From an uncultured Chloroflexia bacterium (GTDB lineage: Bacteria; Chloroflexota; Limnocylindria; Limnocylindrales; CSP1-4), in NCBI GenBank assembly GCA_963829105.1, contig CAWHHF010000023.1, forward strand, positions 12,844 to 76,843: 64,000 nucleotides of DNA, read 5' to 3'. The translations under genes and the position numbers were made by a program. Numbering within the stretch: position 1 is the stretch's first letter; each line of letters begins with the position of its first letter. The notes under the pieces are model-generated. The model had not been told where the DNA came from, did not search any database, and was given only the letters and a program-made list of their open reading frames with translations. Positions 49,004 through 57,318 of this stretch are shown one piece after another.

Positions 49004-50056
49004 ATGACGGCGCCGAAGACCCCGTACACCGGTTCCGACCCCGTCATCTTCCTTGGCCAGCCGGCGCGCTCCCCCGTGCTCCCCGGCCCGCCGCCACGGC
49101 CCGAGCCGGAGCGGGTGAGGCTGACGATCGACGGCCGGCCGGTCACGGCCGGCGCCGGCACCACGATCCTGCAGGCCTGCCGCGCGCAGGGCATCGACAT
49201 CCCCACGCTGTGTCACGGCGAGACCGTGGAGCCCGAGGGCGTCTGCCGGCTGTGCGTGGTGGACACCGGCGGCCGGGCGCTGACCCCGGCCTGCTCGGTG
49301 AGGGTCTCGCAGGGCCTGGACGTGCGGACCGACAACGAGCGCGTCCGCCACTCGCGGAAGCTCGTCCTGGAGCTGCTCGGCTCGTCGGTGAACGTGGACC
49401 TGGCGGGTCCCGCGCTGCCGGACGGGACCATCGACGGGTACATGGCCAGGTATGGGGCGGACCCGGCACGGTTCGGGCCGCCGGCACCGCCGGCCGCGGC
49501 GGGTGAGCGCGATGGTCGCGACGCCGGGCACCACCACGCCCCGGACGGGTCCTCGGCCGAGACCGTCGCCCAGCCCGTGAAGGTGGACAACAGCCTGTTC
49601 GTGCGCGACTACGCTCGCTGCATCCTCTGCTACAAGTGCGTCGAGGCCTGCGGCGTGGACGCCCAGAACTCGTTCGCGATCTCCGTCGCCGGGCGCGGGT
49701 TCGACGCCCGGATCTCCACCGAGTACGACATCCCGCTGGCCGAGGGCGCCTGTGTCTTCTGCGGCAACTGCATCAACGTCTGCCCTACCGGCGCGCTGAT
49801 GTTCCGCTCCGAGTACGAGCTGCGCCTGGCGGGCACCTGGGACGAGGCCTCCCAGACCGTCACGCACACGATCTGCCCGTACTGCGGCGTGGGCTGCACG
49901 CTCCAGCTGCACGTCCAGGACAACCGCATCGTGAAGGTGCTCTCGCCGGCCGATTCCGAGCTGACCAGGGGCAACCTGTGCGTGAAGGGCCGCTTCGGGT
50001 TCGACTTCGTCCAGGATCGCCCGACGGGCGGGCGCGAGGAAGGGCCGCAGCCCTGA
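49004..50056 (+). CDS. NuoG-like Fe-S protein corresponding to the N-terminal Fe-S domains of a formate dehydrogenase alpha subunit (truncated after the MopB 4Fe-4S motif)
   Basis: The 2Fe-2S site is LCHGETVEPEGVCRLCVVD...PAC. The ferredoxin-type clusters are CILCYKCVEAC and CVFCGNCINVCP. The molybdopterin-oxidoreductase 4Fe-4S domain is CPYCGVGCTL...GNLCVKGRFGFDFV. The stop comes 12 codons later. Confidence 0.85.
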   Translation: MTAPKTPYTGSDPVIFLGQPARSPVLPGPPPRPEPERVRLTIDGRPVTAGAGTTILQACRAQGIDIPTLCHGETVEPEGVCRLCVVDTGGRALTPACSVRVSQGLDVRTDNERVRHSRKLVLELLGSSVNVDLAGPALPDGTIDGYMARYGADPARFGPPAPPAAAGERDGRDAGHHHAPDGSSAETVAQPVKVDNSLFVRDYARCILCYKCVEACGVDAQNSFAISVAGRGFDARISTEYDIPLAEGACVFCGNCINVCPTGALMFRSEYELRLAGTWDEASQTVTHTICPYCGVGCTLQLHVQDNRIVKVLSPADSELTRGNLCVKGRFGFDFVQDRPTGGREEGPQP

Positions 50057-50097
50057 AGCGTCGCCGGATCCTGCCCACCTTCCTTGCCGCGATCACG

Positions 50098-51093
50098 GTG
50101 ATCGTCCTGCTCGAGGTTGCCGTCAACGTCGTGCTGCGGCCGCAGGAGGGTCCGCCGGCGCTGGCGGCCGTGTTCGAGGGCTACCTGCTGGCGCTGGGCG
50201 CCGTGGCGGGGCTGCTGGCCATCCTGGCCTCGCTGGGATCCGGGACCGGGGGGGCCTGGATCCGCCTGGTCGGGGCGGTCATGATCGTGGTCGCGATCGT
50301 GCGCCTGGGGGGCGAATGGTGGTCTCCCAGCCCGACCGTGGCGACCGGCGCGAACCCGGCCCCGATCGAGCTCCAGGTCATGACCTGGAACCTGGCGATC
50401 GGGTCCCGGTCGACAGCCGAAACCGTGACCGGGATCATCGGGTCCGGGGCGGACCTCGTAGCGGTCCAGGAACTGGCGCCCGACGTGGCAGCGGCCATCG
50501 AGGCCGACCCAGCGCTGCGGGCGCGGTACCCGTACCGGATCCTCGAGCCATCGGAAGGGACGGCCGGGCTGGGGCTGCTGAGCCGGCTGCCGCTGGTGGT
50601 GGGCAGCTACGCGGCGGAGCCCCCCGTCCTGCAGGCCGGCCTGCTGCTCCCCGACGGCCGGACCGTCCAGGTGCTCGACGCGCACCCGATCGCCCCGGAG
50701 ATCACCCACCTCGGTGGGGTGCCGTTCGGGCTGGACACGCGGCAGCGTGACGCCGAGCTCCAGGCGATCCGGGACACCGTCGCGGCGTTGCCCGATCCGG
50801 GCGCCGCCCTGGTCCTGGGGGACCTCAACCTCACGCCGTTCGAGCCCGGCTACGGCCTGCTGACCGGCGGGTCGCCCGGGCCCCCGCTCACCGACGCCCA
50901 CGAGGCGGCCGGCACCGGCACGGGCTTCACCTGGCGGCCGACCGCGCTCGATCGCCTCCAGATCGGGCTGCTGCGCATCGATCACGTGCTGTCCGGCGCC
51001 TGGCTGAAACCGATCGCGGTGCGCGAGGACTGTGCCCTGCCCGGCGACCACTGCCGGCTGCTGGCCACGCTGGAGGCGGCCGGCGGCGGCTGA
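50098..51093 (+). CDS. Membrane-anchored endonuclease/exonuclease/phosphatase (EEP) family protein
   Basis: N-terminal hydrophobic segments are followed by LQVMTWNLA...DLVAVQEL...LGDLNLTPF...RIDHVL, the EEP motifs. The start is uncertain: GTG at 50098, or CTG at 50053 overlapping the preceding stop. Confidence 0.7.
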   Translation: MIVLLEVAVNVVLRPQEGPPALAAVFEGYLLALGAVAGLLAILASLGSGTGGAWIRLVGAVMIVVAIVRLGGEWWSPSPTVATGANPAPIELQVMTWNLAIGSRSTAETVTGIIGSGADLVAVQELAPDVAAAIEADPALRARYPYRILEPSEGTAGLGLLSRLPLVVGSYAAEPPVLQAGLLLPDGRTVQVLDAHPIAPEITHLGGVPFGLDTRQRDAELQAIRDTVAALPDPGAALVLGDLNLTPFEPGYGLLTGGSPGPPLTDAHEAAGTGTGFTWRPTALDRLQIGLLRIDHVLSGAWLKPIAVREDCALPGDHCRLLATLEAAGGG

Positions 51094-51178
51094 GCGGGGG
51101 CGGTCCCGCCCGGTACCCGGTACCCTTGGGGTCCACACGACCCAGGCGAGCAGGGGCCACCCGGCCCTGTCCCGGCCG

Positions 51179-51196
51179 ATGTATCGAACGACACAG
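51179..51196. promoter_or_regulatory. Imperfect palindrome ATGTATCGAACGACACAG 43 nt upstream of the histidine kinase start; related to the palindrome at 61234
   Basis: It matches CTGTATCGAGCGATACAG (61234..61251) at 15 of 18 positions. It is relatively AT-rich in a GC-rich spacer. Confidence 0.4.
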
Positions 51197-51238
51197 TCGG
51201 ACGCACGAGCCATCCCGACGCATGAGCGCACTGGACGC

Positions 51239-53050
51239 ATGAGCGAACCCCGCGGCAGCCGCGACCTCAACCGCCTCAAGTGGGCGACGATGGTGCTCCC
51301 CATCGTCTTTGTCTGGCTGTTCGAGCTGGGCCGGTTCCTCGTCCTCGACCCGAGGGTCACGGGTGACAACGGCCACGTCGCGTCCGCGATGATCATGGGC
51401 GGGGCGATCGTGGTCTTCGCCACCATCGTCTCCCTGTACCTGGACCGCGCCCAGAAACAGCTGGTCGCCCAGAACAAGGACCTCACCGTCACCCATGCCG
51501 TCAGCTCTGCCGTGCGCGGCGGCCTCTCGCTGCCGGACCTCCTGGAGCAGTCGCTGGACCGGCTGATGACCCAGACCGGCGCCCTGACCGGCATCGTCAG
51601 CGTCAGGGGCGCCGACGGCCAGGCCCTGGTCATCCGGCGCCCGGTCACCCTCCCGGCCGGCCTCACCTGGCTGACGCCCATCCTCAACGCCCAGCCGGAC
51701 CCGGCCGTGGATGGCCCGCGGTACCTCGTCCAGTCCGGCGTGGACACCGGCGTCCTCGACCTGCCGCTGGTCCACGGCTCGGAGCGCATCGGCTACCTCC
51801 GCCTGGCGTTCCGCCCGCCCGTCCAGCCCGACATCTCGGACGCGGCCCTCGCGGACATCGCGGGCGAGATCGCCGGCGCCGTCCAGCTGGGGATCACGGT
51901 CTCCGACCTCCACCGGCGCGAGCTGGAGCGCGAGGCCCTGTACGCGGTCGCCCTCCAGCTCACGGGCCGCAACGACCTGCGCGACGTCCTCGACACCATC
52001 ACCGCGCACGCCCGCGAGCTGCTGGGTGCCGAGCGGGCGGTGGTCTGCCTGAGCGACGCCCGCGACATGACCTCGCGCACCGCGATCAGCCGCGAGCGCC
52101 TGGCGATGGCCGACGACGGCGGGGTGTGCCTCGTCGCCCACGAGCAGAGCTCGGCCCAGCATGCGCGCAACCCTCTCTGCCCGCTCCTTGTCAGGGACGG
52201 CACGGACGCCTGGGCCGCCCGCCCGCTCCGCGGCCCCGACGGGATCCTCGGCGAGCTCTGCGTCGTCCGCTCGGGCGCCCCGTTCACCGCCCAGGAGCGG
52301 AACCTCCTCGGCGCCCTCGCGGACATGGCGTCGATCGCGGTGCGCACGGCCCGCCTCCACGAGGCCGAGGAGCAGTGGACCATCCACGCGGAGCGCGACC
52401 GGATCGCCCGCGAGCTCCACGACAGCCTCGCCCAGGTCCTGGGCGTCATCCACCTGCAGCTCCGGTCGCTCGAGGCCCGCGCCAAGGACGAGGCGAGCCT
52501 GGGCATCGCCGACGAGCTCTCGGCCCTCGCGGAGACGGCCGACGAGGCGTACAGCGACGTCCGGGAGGCGATCCTCGGGCTGCGCGAGACGGTCCGCGAG
52601 GACGACGGCCTCGAGGGCTCGCTGCGCGAGTACCTGCGCAAGTACAGCCGCCAGACCGGGATCGTGGCCACGCTCTCGTGCGAGGGCGACACCCGCCGGG
52701 CGCTCAGCCCGAGGTCGGAGGTCCAGCTCCTGCGGGTCGTCCAGGAGGCGCTCACCAATGCCCGCAAGCACTCGCAGGCGCACCGGGTGGCGGTGCGCAT
52801 CGACTGCCTCGGGCAGGGGACGACGCTCACGGTCGAGGACGATGGCGTCGGCTTCGACCCGTCCTCGGTCGCGAGCTCCATGGAGGGCGGCTTCGGGCTG
52901 AAGTCCATGCGCGAGCGGGTCGAGCAGATCGGTGGCAGTATCGATGTGCATACCGCCCCGAACGAGGGGACGACGATCGTCGTCCGGCTCGACGCTGAGG
53001 ACACGCGTGGGACACCTTCCCCCCAGACTCCGGGTGCTGCTCGTCGATGA
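51239..53050 (+). CDS. Sensor histidine kinase (2 TM + GAF + HisKA_3 + HATPase_c; NarX/LiaS class)
   Basis: Two N-terminal hydrophobic helices and GAF-like regions (DLRDVLDTITAHARELLGAERAVVCL). The phospho-His box is ERDRIARELHDSLAQ, and the C-terminal ATPase has VEDDGVGFD...GFGLKSMRERV. Confidence 0.85.
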   Translation: MSEPRGSRDLNRLKWATMVLPIVFVWLFELGRFLVLDPRVTGDNGHVASAMIMGGAIVVFATIVSLYLDRAQKQLVAQNKDLTVTHAVSSAVRGGLSLPDLLEQSLDRLMTQTGALTGIVSVRGADGQALVIRRPVTLPAGLTWLTPILNAQPDPAVDGPRYLVQSGVDTGVLDLPLVHGSERIGYLRLAFRPPVQPDISDAALADIAGEIAGAVQLGITVSDLHRRELEREALYAVALQLTGRNDLRDVLDTITAHARELLGAERAVVCLSDARDMTSRTAISRERLAMADDGGVCLVAHEQSSAQHARNPLCPLLVRDGTDAWAARPLRGPDGILGELCVVRSGAPFTAQERNLLGALADMASIAVRTARLHEAEEQWTIHAERDRIARELHDSLAQVLGVIHLQLRSLEARAKDEASLGIADELSALAETADEAYSDVREAILGLRETVREDDGLEGSLREYLRKYSRQTGIVATLSCEGDTRRALSPRSEVQLLRVVQEALTNARKHSQAHRVAVRIDCLGQGTTLTVEDDGVGFDPSSVASSMEGGFGLKSMRERVEQIGGSIDVHTAPNEGTTIVVRLDAEDTRGTPSPQTPGAARR

Positions 53051-53699
53051 CCAGCCCCTGTTCCGCAGGGCGCTCGCGACGCTGATCAGCGCCCAGTTCG
53101 ACATGACGGTCGTGGGCGAGGGCGAGAACGGCCGTGACGCCCTGGAGAAGGTCCGGGCGCTGCGTCCCGATCTCGTCGTCATGGACGTGAACATGCCCGT
53201 CGCCTCGGGCGTGGACGGCGTGATCGCGATCCGCGCGGCGGGCATCACGACCCCGATCGTCATGCTGACCGTGTCCGAGGACGACGACGACCTGTTCGAG
53301 TCGATCAAGGCGGGCGCCAACGGCTACCTGCTCAAGAACGTGCGCCCGGAGCAGCTGTTCGAGGACCTGCGCGGCATGATGCGCGGCGAGGCGCCGATCG
53401 CCCCGGCCGTCGCCGGCAGGCTCCTCGAGGCGCTGCGCACCGGCGGGATCCCCACCCGCGGACAGCCCGCCGCCTCTCCCCCGGACGCCGTCCTGACCCG
53501 TCGCGAGTCGGAGATCCTCCAGCTGGTCGCCGCCGGCATGTCCAACAAGGAGATCGCCAACGAGCTGACGATCACCGAGGGGACCGTCAAGAACCACGTC
53601 CACAACGCGCTGGAGAAGCTGCACCTCACGAACCGGGTGCAGGCCGCCGCGTACGCCGTCCGCCAGGGCTACGCGAACCAGGAGCCGAACCGGGACTGA
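53007..53699 (+). CDS. NarL/LuxR-family response regulator
   Basis: RVLLVDDQPLFR...PDLVVMDVNMP...MLTVSEDD forms the receiver domain. LTRRESEILQLVAAGMSNKEIANELTITEGTVKNHVHNALEKL forms the LuxR helix-turn-helix. The GTG start overlaps the kinase 3' end. Confidence 0.9.
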   Translation: MGHLPPRLRVLLVDDQPLFRRALATLISAQFDMTVVGEGENGRDALEKVRALRPDLVVMDVNMPVASGVDGVIAIRAAGITTPIVMLTVSEDDDDLFESIKAGANGYLLKNVRPEQLFEDLRGMMRGEAPIAPAVAGRLLEALRTGGIPTRGQPAASPPDAVLTRRESEILQLVAAGMSNKEIANELTITEGTVKNHVHNALEKLHLTNRVQAAAYAVRQGYANQEPNRD

Positions 53700-53945
53700 C
53701 CCGGGGCGGTGTGTCGCCGGAACTCGGCGGCCCCGCAGCACGCCCCGGCTACCGAGCAGGTCCGGCGGGCCCCGGCCCGGCGCCGCAGGAGACGACGCCT
53801 GGGCACAGGACGGCCGTCCCCCGTCGGATACACGCACAGCCACTCCCGGGTGTGCCGGGCGACGGATTGGAGCCGGTCCCACGTTCCCCTAGCATCCGGA
53901 TCACGGGGCGCAGTCCAGCGACCCGCGCGCTCGAGGAAGCCCAAC

Positions 53946-54347
53946 GTGTCGTCTGAACCGGTGCGCGTGCTGGTCCTCTACAGCCATCCCCTCATGGGGG
54001 AGGGACTGGGGAAGATGCTCGCCGCCGAGCCCGGGGTGATCGTCGACGCCGTGGACATCGGCCTCACGGAGGCGGTGGACGCCGCCATCGCCCGGGATCC
54101 GGACGTGATCGTGGTCGAGGAGGGCGGCGCGGTGGACGCGGCCGACGTCGTCCGCCGGTCGCGCTGCCCCGTGGTCCTGGACGTGGACATCACCACGACC
54201 CGTGCCTGGACGCTCCGCCGGGAGACCCTCTCGACGCGCCCCGACGACTTCCTGGCCACGATCCGCGCGGTCGTCGGCTGCTCCGGCCGGCCCGCGCCGG
54301 GCGCCGATCCCGACCGCGGCCTGCAGCCGGCGGTCGTTCCGGGCTAG
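53946..54347 (+). CDS. Hypothetical receiver-like protein (possible pseudo-receiver)
   Basis: VRVLVLYSHPLMGEGLGKMLAAEPGVIVDAVDIGLTEAVDAAIARDPDVIVVEE has a CheY-like beta-alpha pattern, but the acidic pocket and phospho-Asp positions are not conserved (E where D is expected). GTG start. Confidence 0.4.
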   Translation: MSSEPVRVLVLYSHPLMGEGLGKMLAAEPGVIVDAVDIGLTEAVDAAIARDPDVIVVEEGGAVDAADVVRRSRCPVVLDVDITTTRAWTLRRETLSTRPDDFLATIRAVVGCSGRPAPGADPDRGLQPAVVPG

Positions 54348-54358
54348 GCTGATCGCCC

Positions 54359-54877
54359 ATGGGTGACGACATCCGCCGTGCTGCCACCGCCCCGGCGTTC
54401 GATCCGCGAGCGACCCCCGTTCACCGCCGCCGCGTCCTGCTGTTGATCGGGGTGACCGCGCTCGCCGGCGGCAGCCTCGCCGCCCTGCTGGAGGGATGCG
54501 CCGGACCGCCTGTCCCGGTGGAGCTCGACGTCGACCCGGACACCCTGGTGCCGGGTACGCCTGTCGAGGTGCCGTTCACGGTCCAGCTCGGCGGCAACGC
54601 GGTCGCCGGGTCGGCCTGGCTGGTGAAGCAGGCGTCGGGGGAGATCATCGCGTTCGACCCGCGCTGCACCCACGCCCTGTGCTCCTACCGCTGGGAACCG
54701 GGTCCGGCAGACTTCTCGTGCAACTGCCACGACGGCAAGTTCAGGCTGGACGGGACCGTCATCTCGGGCAAGCCGCCCAAGCCGCTGAACCGCTTCCCGG
54801 TGCACGTGACGGGCACCGTGGTGGAGGTCGACGTGCCGGGGGACTTCGCCACCCCGAAGGCGTCCCTGCCGGCGTAG
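54359..54877 (+). CDS. Exported Rieske [2Fe-2S] protein (twin-arginine signal, possible lipobox)
   Basis: HRRRVLLLIGVTALAGGSLAALLEGC is the Tat motif plus an L-x-G-C lipobox-like site. The Rieske ligands are CTHALC...CNCHDGKF. Confidence 0.85.
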   Translation: MGDDIRRAATAPAFDPRATPVHRRRVLLLIGVTALAGGSLAALLEGCAGPPVPVELDVDPDTLVPGTPVEVPFTVQLGGNAVAGSAWLVKQASGEIIAFDPRCTHALCSYRWEPGPADFSCNCHDGKFRLDGTVISGKPPKPLNRFPVHVTGTVVEVDVPGDFATPKASLPA

Positions 54878-55014
54878 GAGGCGCTCCTGCCGCCGCTCCT
54901 GCCGCCGCTCCTACCGGCGCCCTGCCGCGGCCCCTGGCGGCGCGGTTGCGGGCTCCTTGGCACCCCCTTGCCGGGCCCTTCCGCACCCACCCGTGGGACC
55001 CACAGGGCCGGACG

Positions 55015-55054
55015 GTACAGGCGGCGTGGTGCGTCCTGGCGCCGCCCTGTACCG
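55015..55054 (+). terminator. Strong GC hairpin after the Rieske gene (candidate terminator/attenuator; no clear U-tract)
   Basis: GGTACAGGCGGCG - 13 nt loop - CGCCGCCCTGTACC, a 13 bp stem with one bulged C. Confidence 0.35.
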
Positions 55055-55146
55055 CAGTTCTATCCCCCGACGGATGCAAACGGCCTCGCGCGCACCCGAT
55101 GATTGGCGTAGGTCGGATTCCGATTCCCGCCGGCCAAGGAGTACAG

Positions 55147-56136
55147 GTGCCATTCATGTCCCGGGTCACGTCCCTGACCTCGATGCCCGAAGCACAGCTG
55201 AACCGCTGGATCCGGCGGATCGGCCTGCTGCTGATCATCGGCATCGTCGCCTTCGTCGCGTTCTACGCCGTCGACCGCTTCCGCGCCCCGGCCGCCCCGC
55301 TCATCGACCGGGAGATGGCCGCGATGGAGGAGGCCGTGCGGGCCGATCCGACGGATATCGCCTCCCGGGGCAGGCTGGCGGACCTGTATCTCGCCGCCAA
55401 CCGCTACGACGATGCCATCGCCCAGTACACCGAGATCATCAAGACAGGCAAGCAGGACGAGGCAGGCTACACGAGCCGGGGCCGGGCCTATGAGTTGAAG
55501 GGCGACCTGACTGCCGCGGCCGCCGACTACAACAAGGTCATCGAGATCGGTGCCCCGGGCGAGATGGCCAACGTGGACCCGATGATGGAGATCGCCTACT
55601 ACGGTCTCGGCGCGATCGCGCTCAAGCAGGACCGGCCCGACGAGGCCGTCACGCAGCTCCTCAAGGCCCTCGCGATCAAGCGCACCGACGCCGACGCCAT
55701 GAACCTGCTCGGGGCGGCCTACGTGAAGGCGGGAACGCCGGACAAGGCCGTGGAGCCGTTGCGGAAGGCGATCGAGTTCGTGCCGATCGGCTGGGCCGAT
55801 CCCTACCAGACGCTGGCCGACGCGTACAAGGCGTCCGGTGACGCCGCTCTGGCCGAGTGGGCCGGCGCGATGGCCGCGGCCAACACCGGCGACGTCGCCG
55901 GCGCGGTCACCCGCCTCACGGCCATCGTGGACGGGCCGGCCGGGCTCGATGCGCGCGTCGGCCTCGGCCTGCTGGCGGAGATGCGCGCCGACGCGACCAC
56001 GGCCGAGCAGTGGTACCGCAAGGCCCTCGAGCTCGATCCCGAGAGCACGTCCGCCAAGCTCGGCCTGGGCCGCGTGACCGGCACGACCGGAGGACACCCC
56101 TCGATCGCGCCGTCGCCCAGCTCCGGGAGCAACTGA
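55147..56136 (+). CDS. Membrane-anchored TPR-repeat protein
   Basis: AAGGAG lies 5 nt upstream of the GTG at 55147 (an ATG at 55156 is also possible). One TM segment (IGLLLIIGIVAFVAFYAV) is followed by several TPR-like units (LADLYLAANRYDDAIAQYTEIIK, RGRAYELKGDLTAAAADYNKVIE, ...WYRKALELDP). Confidence 0.75.
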   Translation: MPFMSRVTSLTSMPEAQLNRWIRRIGLLLIIGIVAFVAFYAVDRFRAPAAPLIDREMAAMEEAVRADPTDIASRGRLADLYLAANRYDDAIAQYTEIIKTGKQDEAGYTSRGRAYELKGDLTAAAADYNKVIEIGAPGEMANVDPMMEIAYYGLGAIALKQDRPDEAVTQLLKALAIKRTDADAMNLLGAAYVKAGTPDKAVEPLRKAIEFVPIGWADPYQTLADAYKASGDAALAEWAGAMAAANTGDVAGAVTRLTAIVDGPAGLDARVGLGLLAEMRADATTAEQWYRKALELDPESTSAKLGLGRVTGTTGGHPSIAPSPSSGSN

Positions 56137-57212
56137 TGACCGCGTCCCCGTCCGCCGCCCAGTCGGTCGCTGGCGCCCCCGCACCCGACGTGTCGGCAAC
56201 GCCGCCCGACGGTCCGGGCGCCGAGGTCGAGGAGGCGCCCCCCGAGAAGCGGCGTCGAAAGCTACTCCTCCTGCTGCTGCTCCTGGCCGGCTTCGTGCTG
56301 CTGCTCGCGCTCGCGATCTGGTACCTGCTGTTCCGCCAGCCGATCCCGGTCCCGACCATCCCTGGCGAGACGGTCATGCCCGGCTACGTCACCTCGATCT
56401 ACGGTGCCTCCCGCCCGATGGGCGTCGCCGTGAACGCCGCCGGCGACCGCGTCTACGTGGGCGCGACCGCGGGCGACCAGACCGCGCTGGTCTTCGACGC
56501 CGGGGGCAACCAGGTGGCCAAGCTGCTGCCCCCGGTTTCGACCGGCGACAGCCACGTGCCGGTGTACCTGGCGGTGAACCCGCAGACGGGCGACATCCTC
56601 GTCTCAGACCGTCCCACGGCTTCCATCTACGTCTACGACGCCCAGGGCACTTTCCTTCGGACCCTGCAGCCGCCGGCCGAGATCAAGGGCTGGCAGCCGC
56701 TCGGCATGGCGTTCGACGCGGCCGGCAACCTGTACGTCACCGACGTCGGCCAGGTCCCGAACGTCGTCCGCGAGCTCGACCCGTCCGGCAAGCAGGTCCG
56801 CGTCCTCGGGGCGACCGCCGGGCTCACCTTCCCGAACGGTGTCGCCCTCGACAACGCCGGGTACGCCTACGTGACCGACTCCAACAACGGGCGGCTGCTC
56901 GTCTTCGCGCCGGATGGGACCGTCGTCGCCACGGTCAGCCGTGGGATCGGCAAGGGCAACCTCGGCCTGCCCCGCGGCGTGGCGATCGACCAGCAGGGTC
57001 GCGTGTACGTCGTGGACTCGAGCGCCGACTCGGTGTTCGTCTACGGCCAGTACAAGCAGGGCGCCACGGGACTCGACTTCCTCGGCACCTTCGGCACCGA
57101 GGGCGTCGCCAACGGAACATTCGCCTATCCCAACGACATCGCGGTCGACGCGCGTGGGCGGCTGTACGTCGCCGACTCGGCCAACGACCGGGTGGAGTTG
57201 TGGAGCTACTGA
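56136..57212 (+). CDS. Membrane-anchored NHL-repeat beta-propeller protein
   Basis: The ATG overlaps the TPR gene stop (ATGA). A poly-Leu TM segment (RRRKLLLLLLLLAGFVLLLALAIWYLLF) is followed by six NHL-like blades (PMGVAVNAAGDRVYV, PLGMAFDAAGNLYVTD, PNGVALDNAGYAYVTDSNNGRLLVF, PRGVAIDQQGRVYVVDS, PNDIAVDARGRLYVADSANDRVELW). Confidence 0.85.
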   Translation: MTASPSAAQSVAGAPAPDVSATPPDGPGAEVEEAPPEKRRRKLLLLLLLLAGFVLLLALAIWYLLFRQPIPVPTIPGETVMPGYVTSIYGASRPMGVAVNAAGDRVYVGATAGDQTALVFDAGGNQVAKLLPPVSTGDSHVPVYLAVNPQTGDILVSDRPTASIYVYDAQGTFLRTLQPPAEIKGWQPLGMAFDAAGNLYVTDVGQVPNVVRELDPSGKQVRVLGATAGLTFPNGVALDNAGYAYVTDSNNGRLLVFAPDGTVVATVSRGIGKGNLGLPRGVAIDQQGRVYVVDSSADSVFVYGQYKQGATGLDFLGTFGTEGVANGTFAYPNDIAVDARGRLYVADSANDRVELWSY

Positions 57213-57318
57213 GCTGGCTTCAGCAAGGGAGGTGAGGAAGGGAAGCGCTTGCGCCGCCGCCAGGACCTGGCGGTCCATGTCAAGTCCACGTAGCTAAGAG
57301 AAAGGAGGTGAGGACAGT

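Noticed and set aside
49630-53320. Long minus-strand ORFs (49630..51789, 50927..53320) antisense to the EEP, kinase and regulator genes. The same applies to 60863..62938, 20075..21991, 17189..18862 and 43239..45035.
   Set aside because: All are antisense to genes with strong family signatures, and all have shadow-ORF composition.
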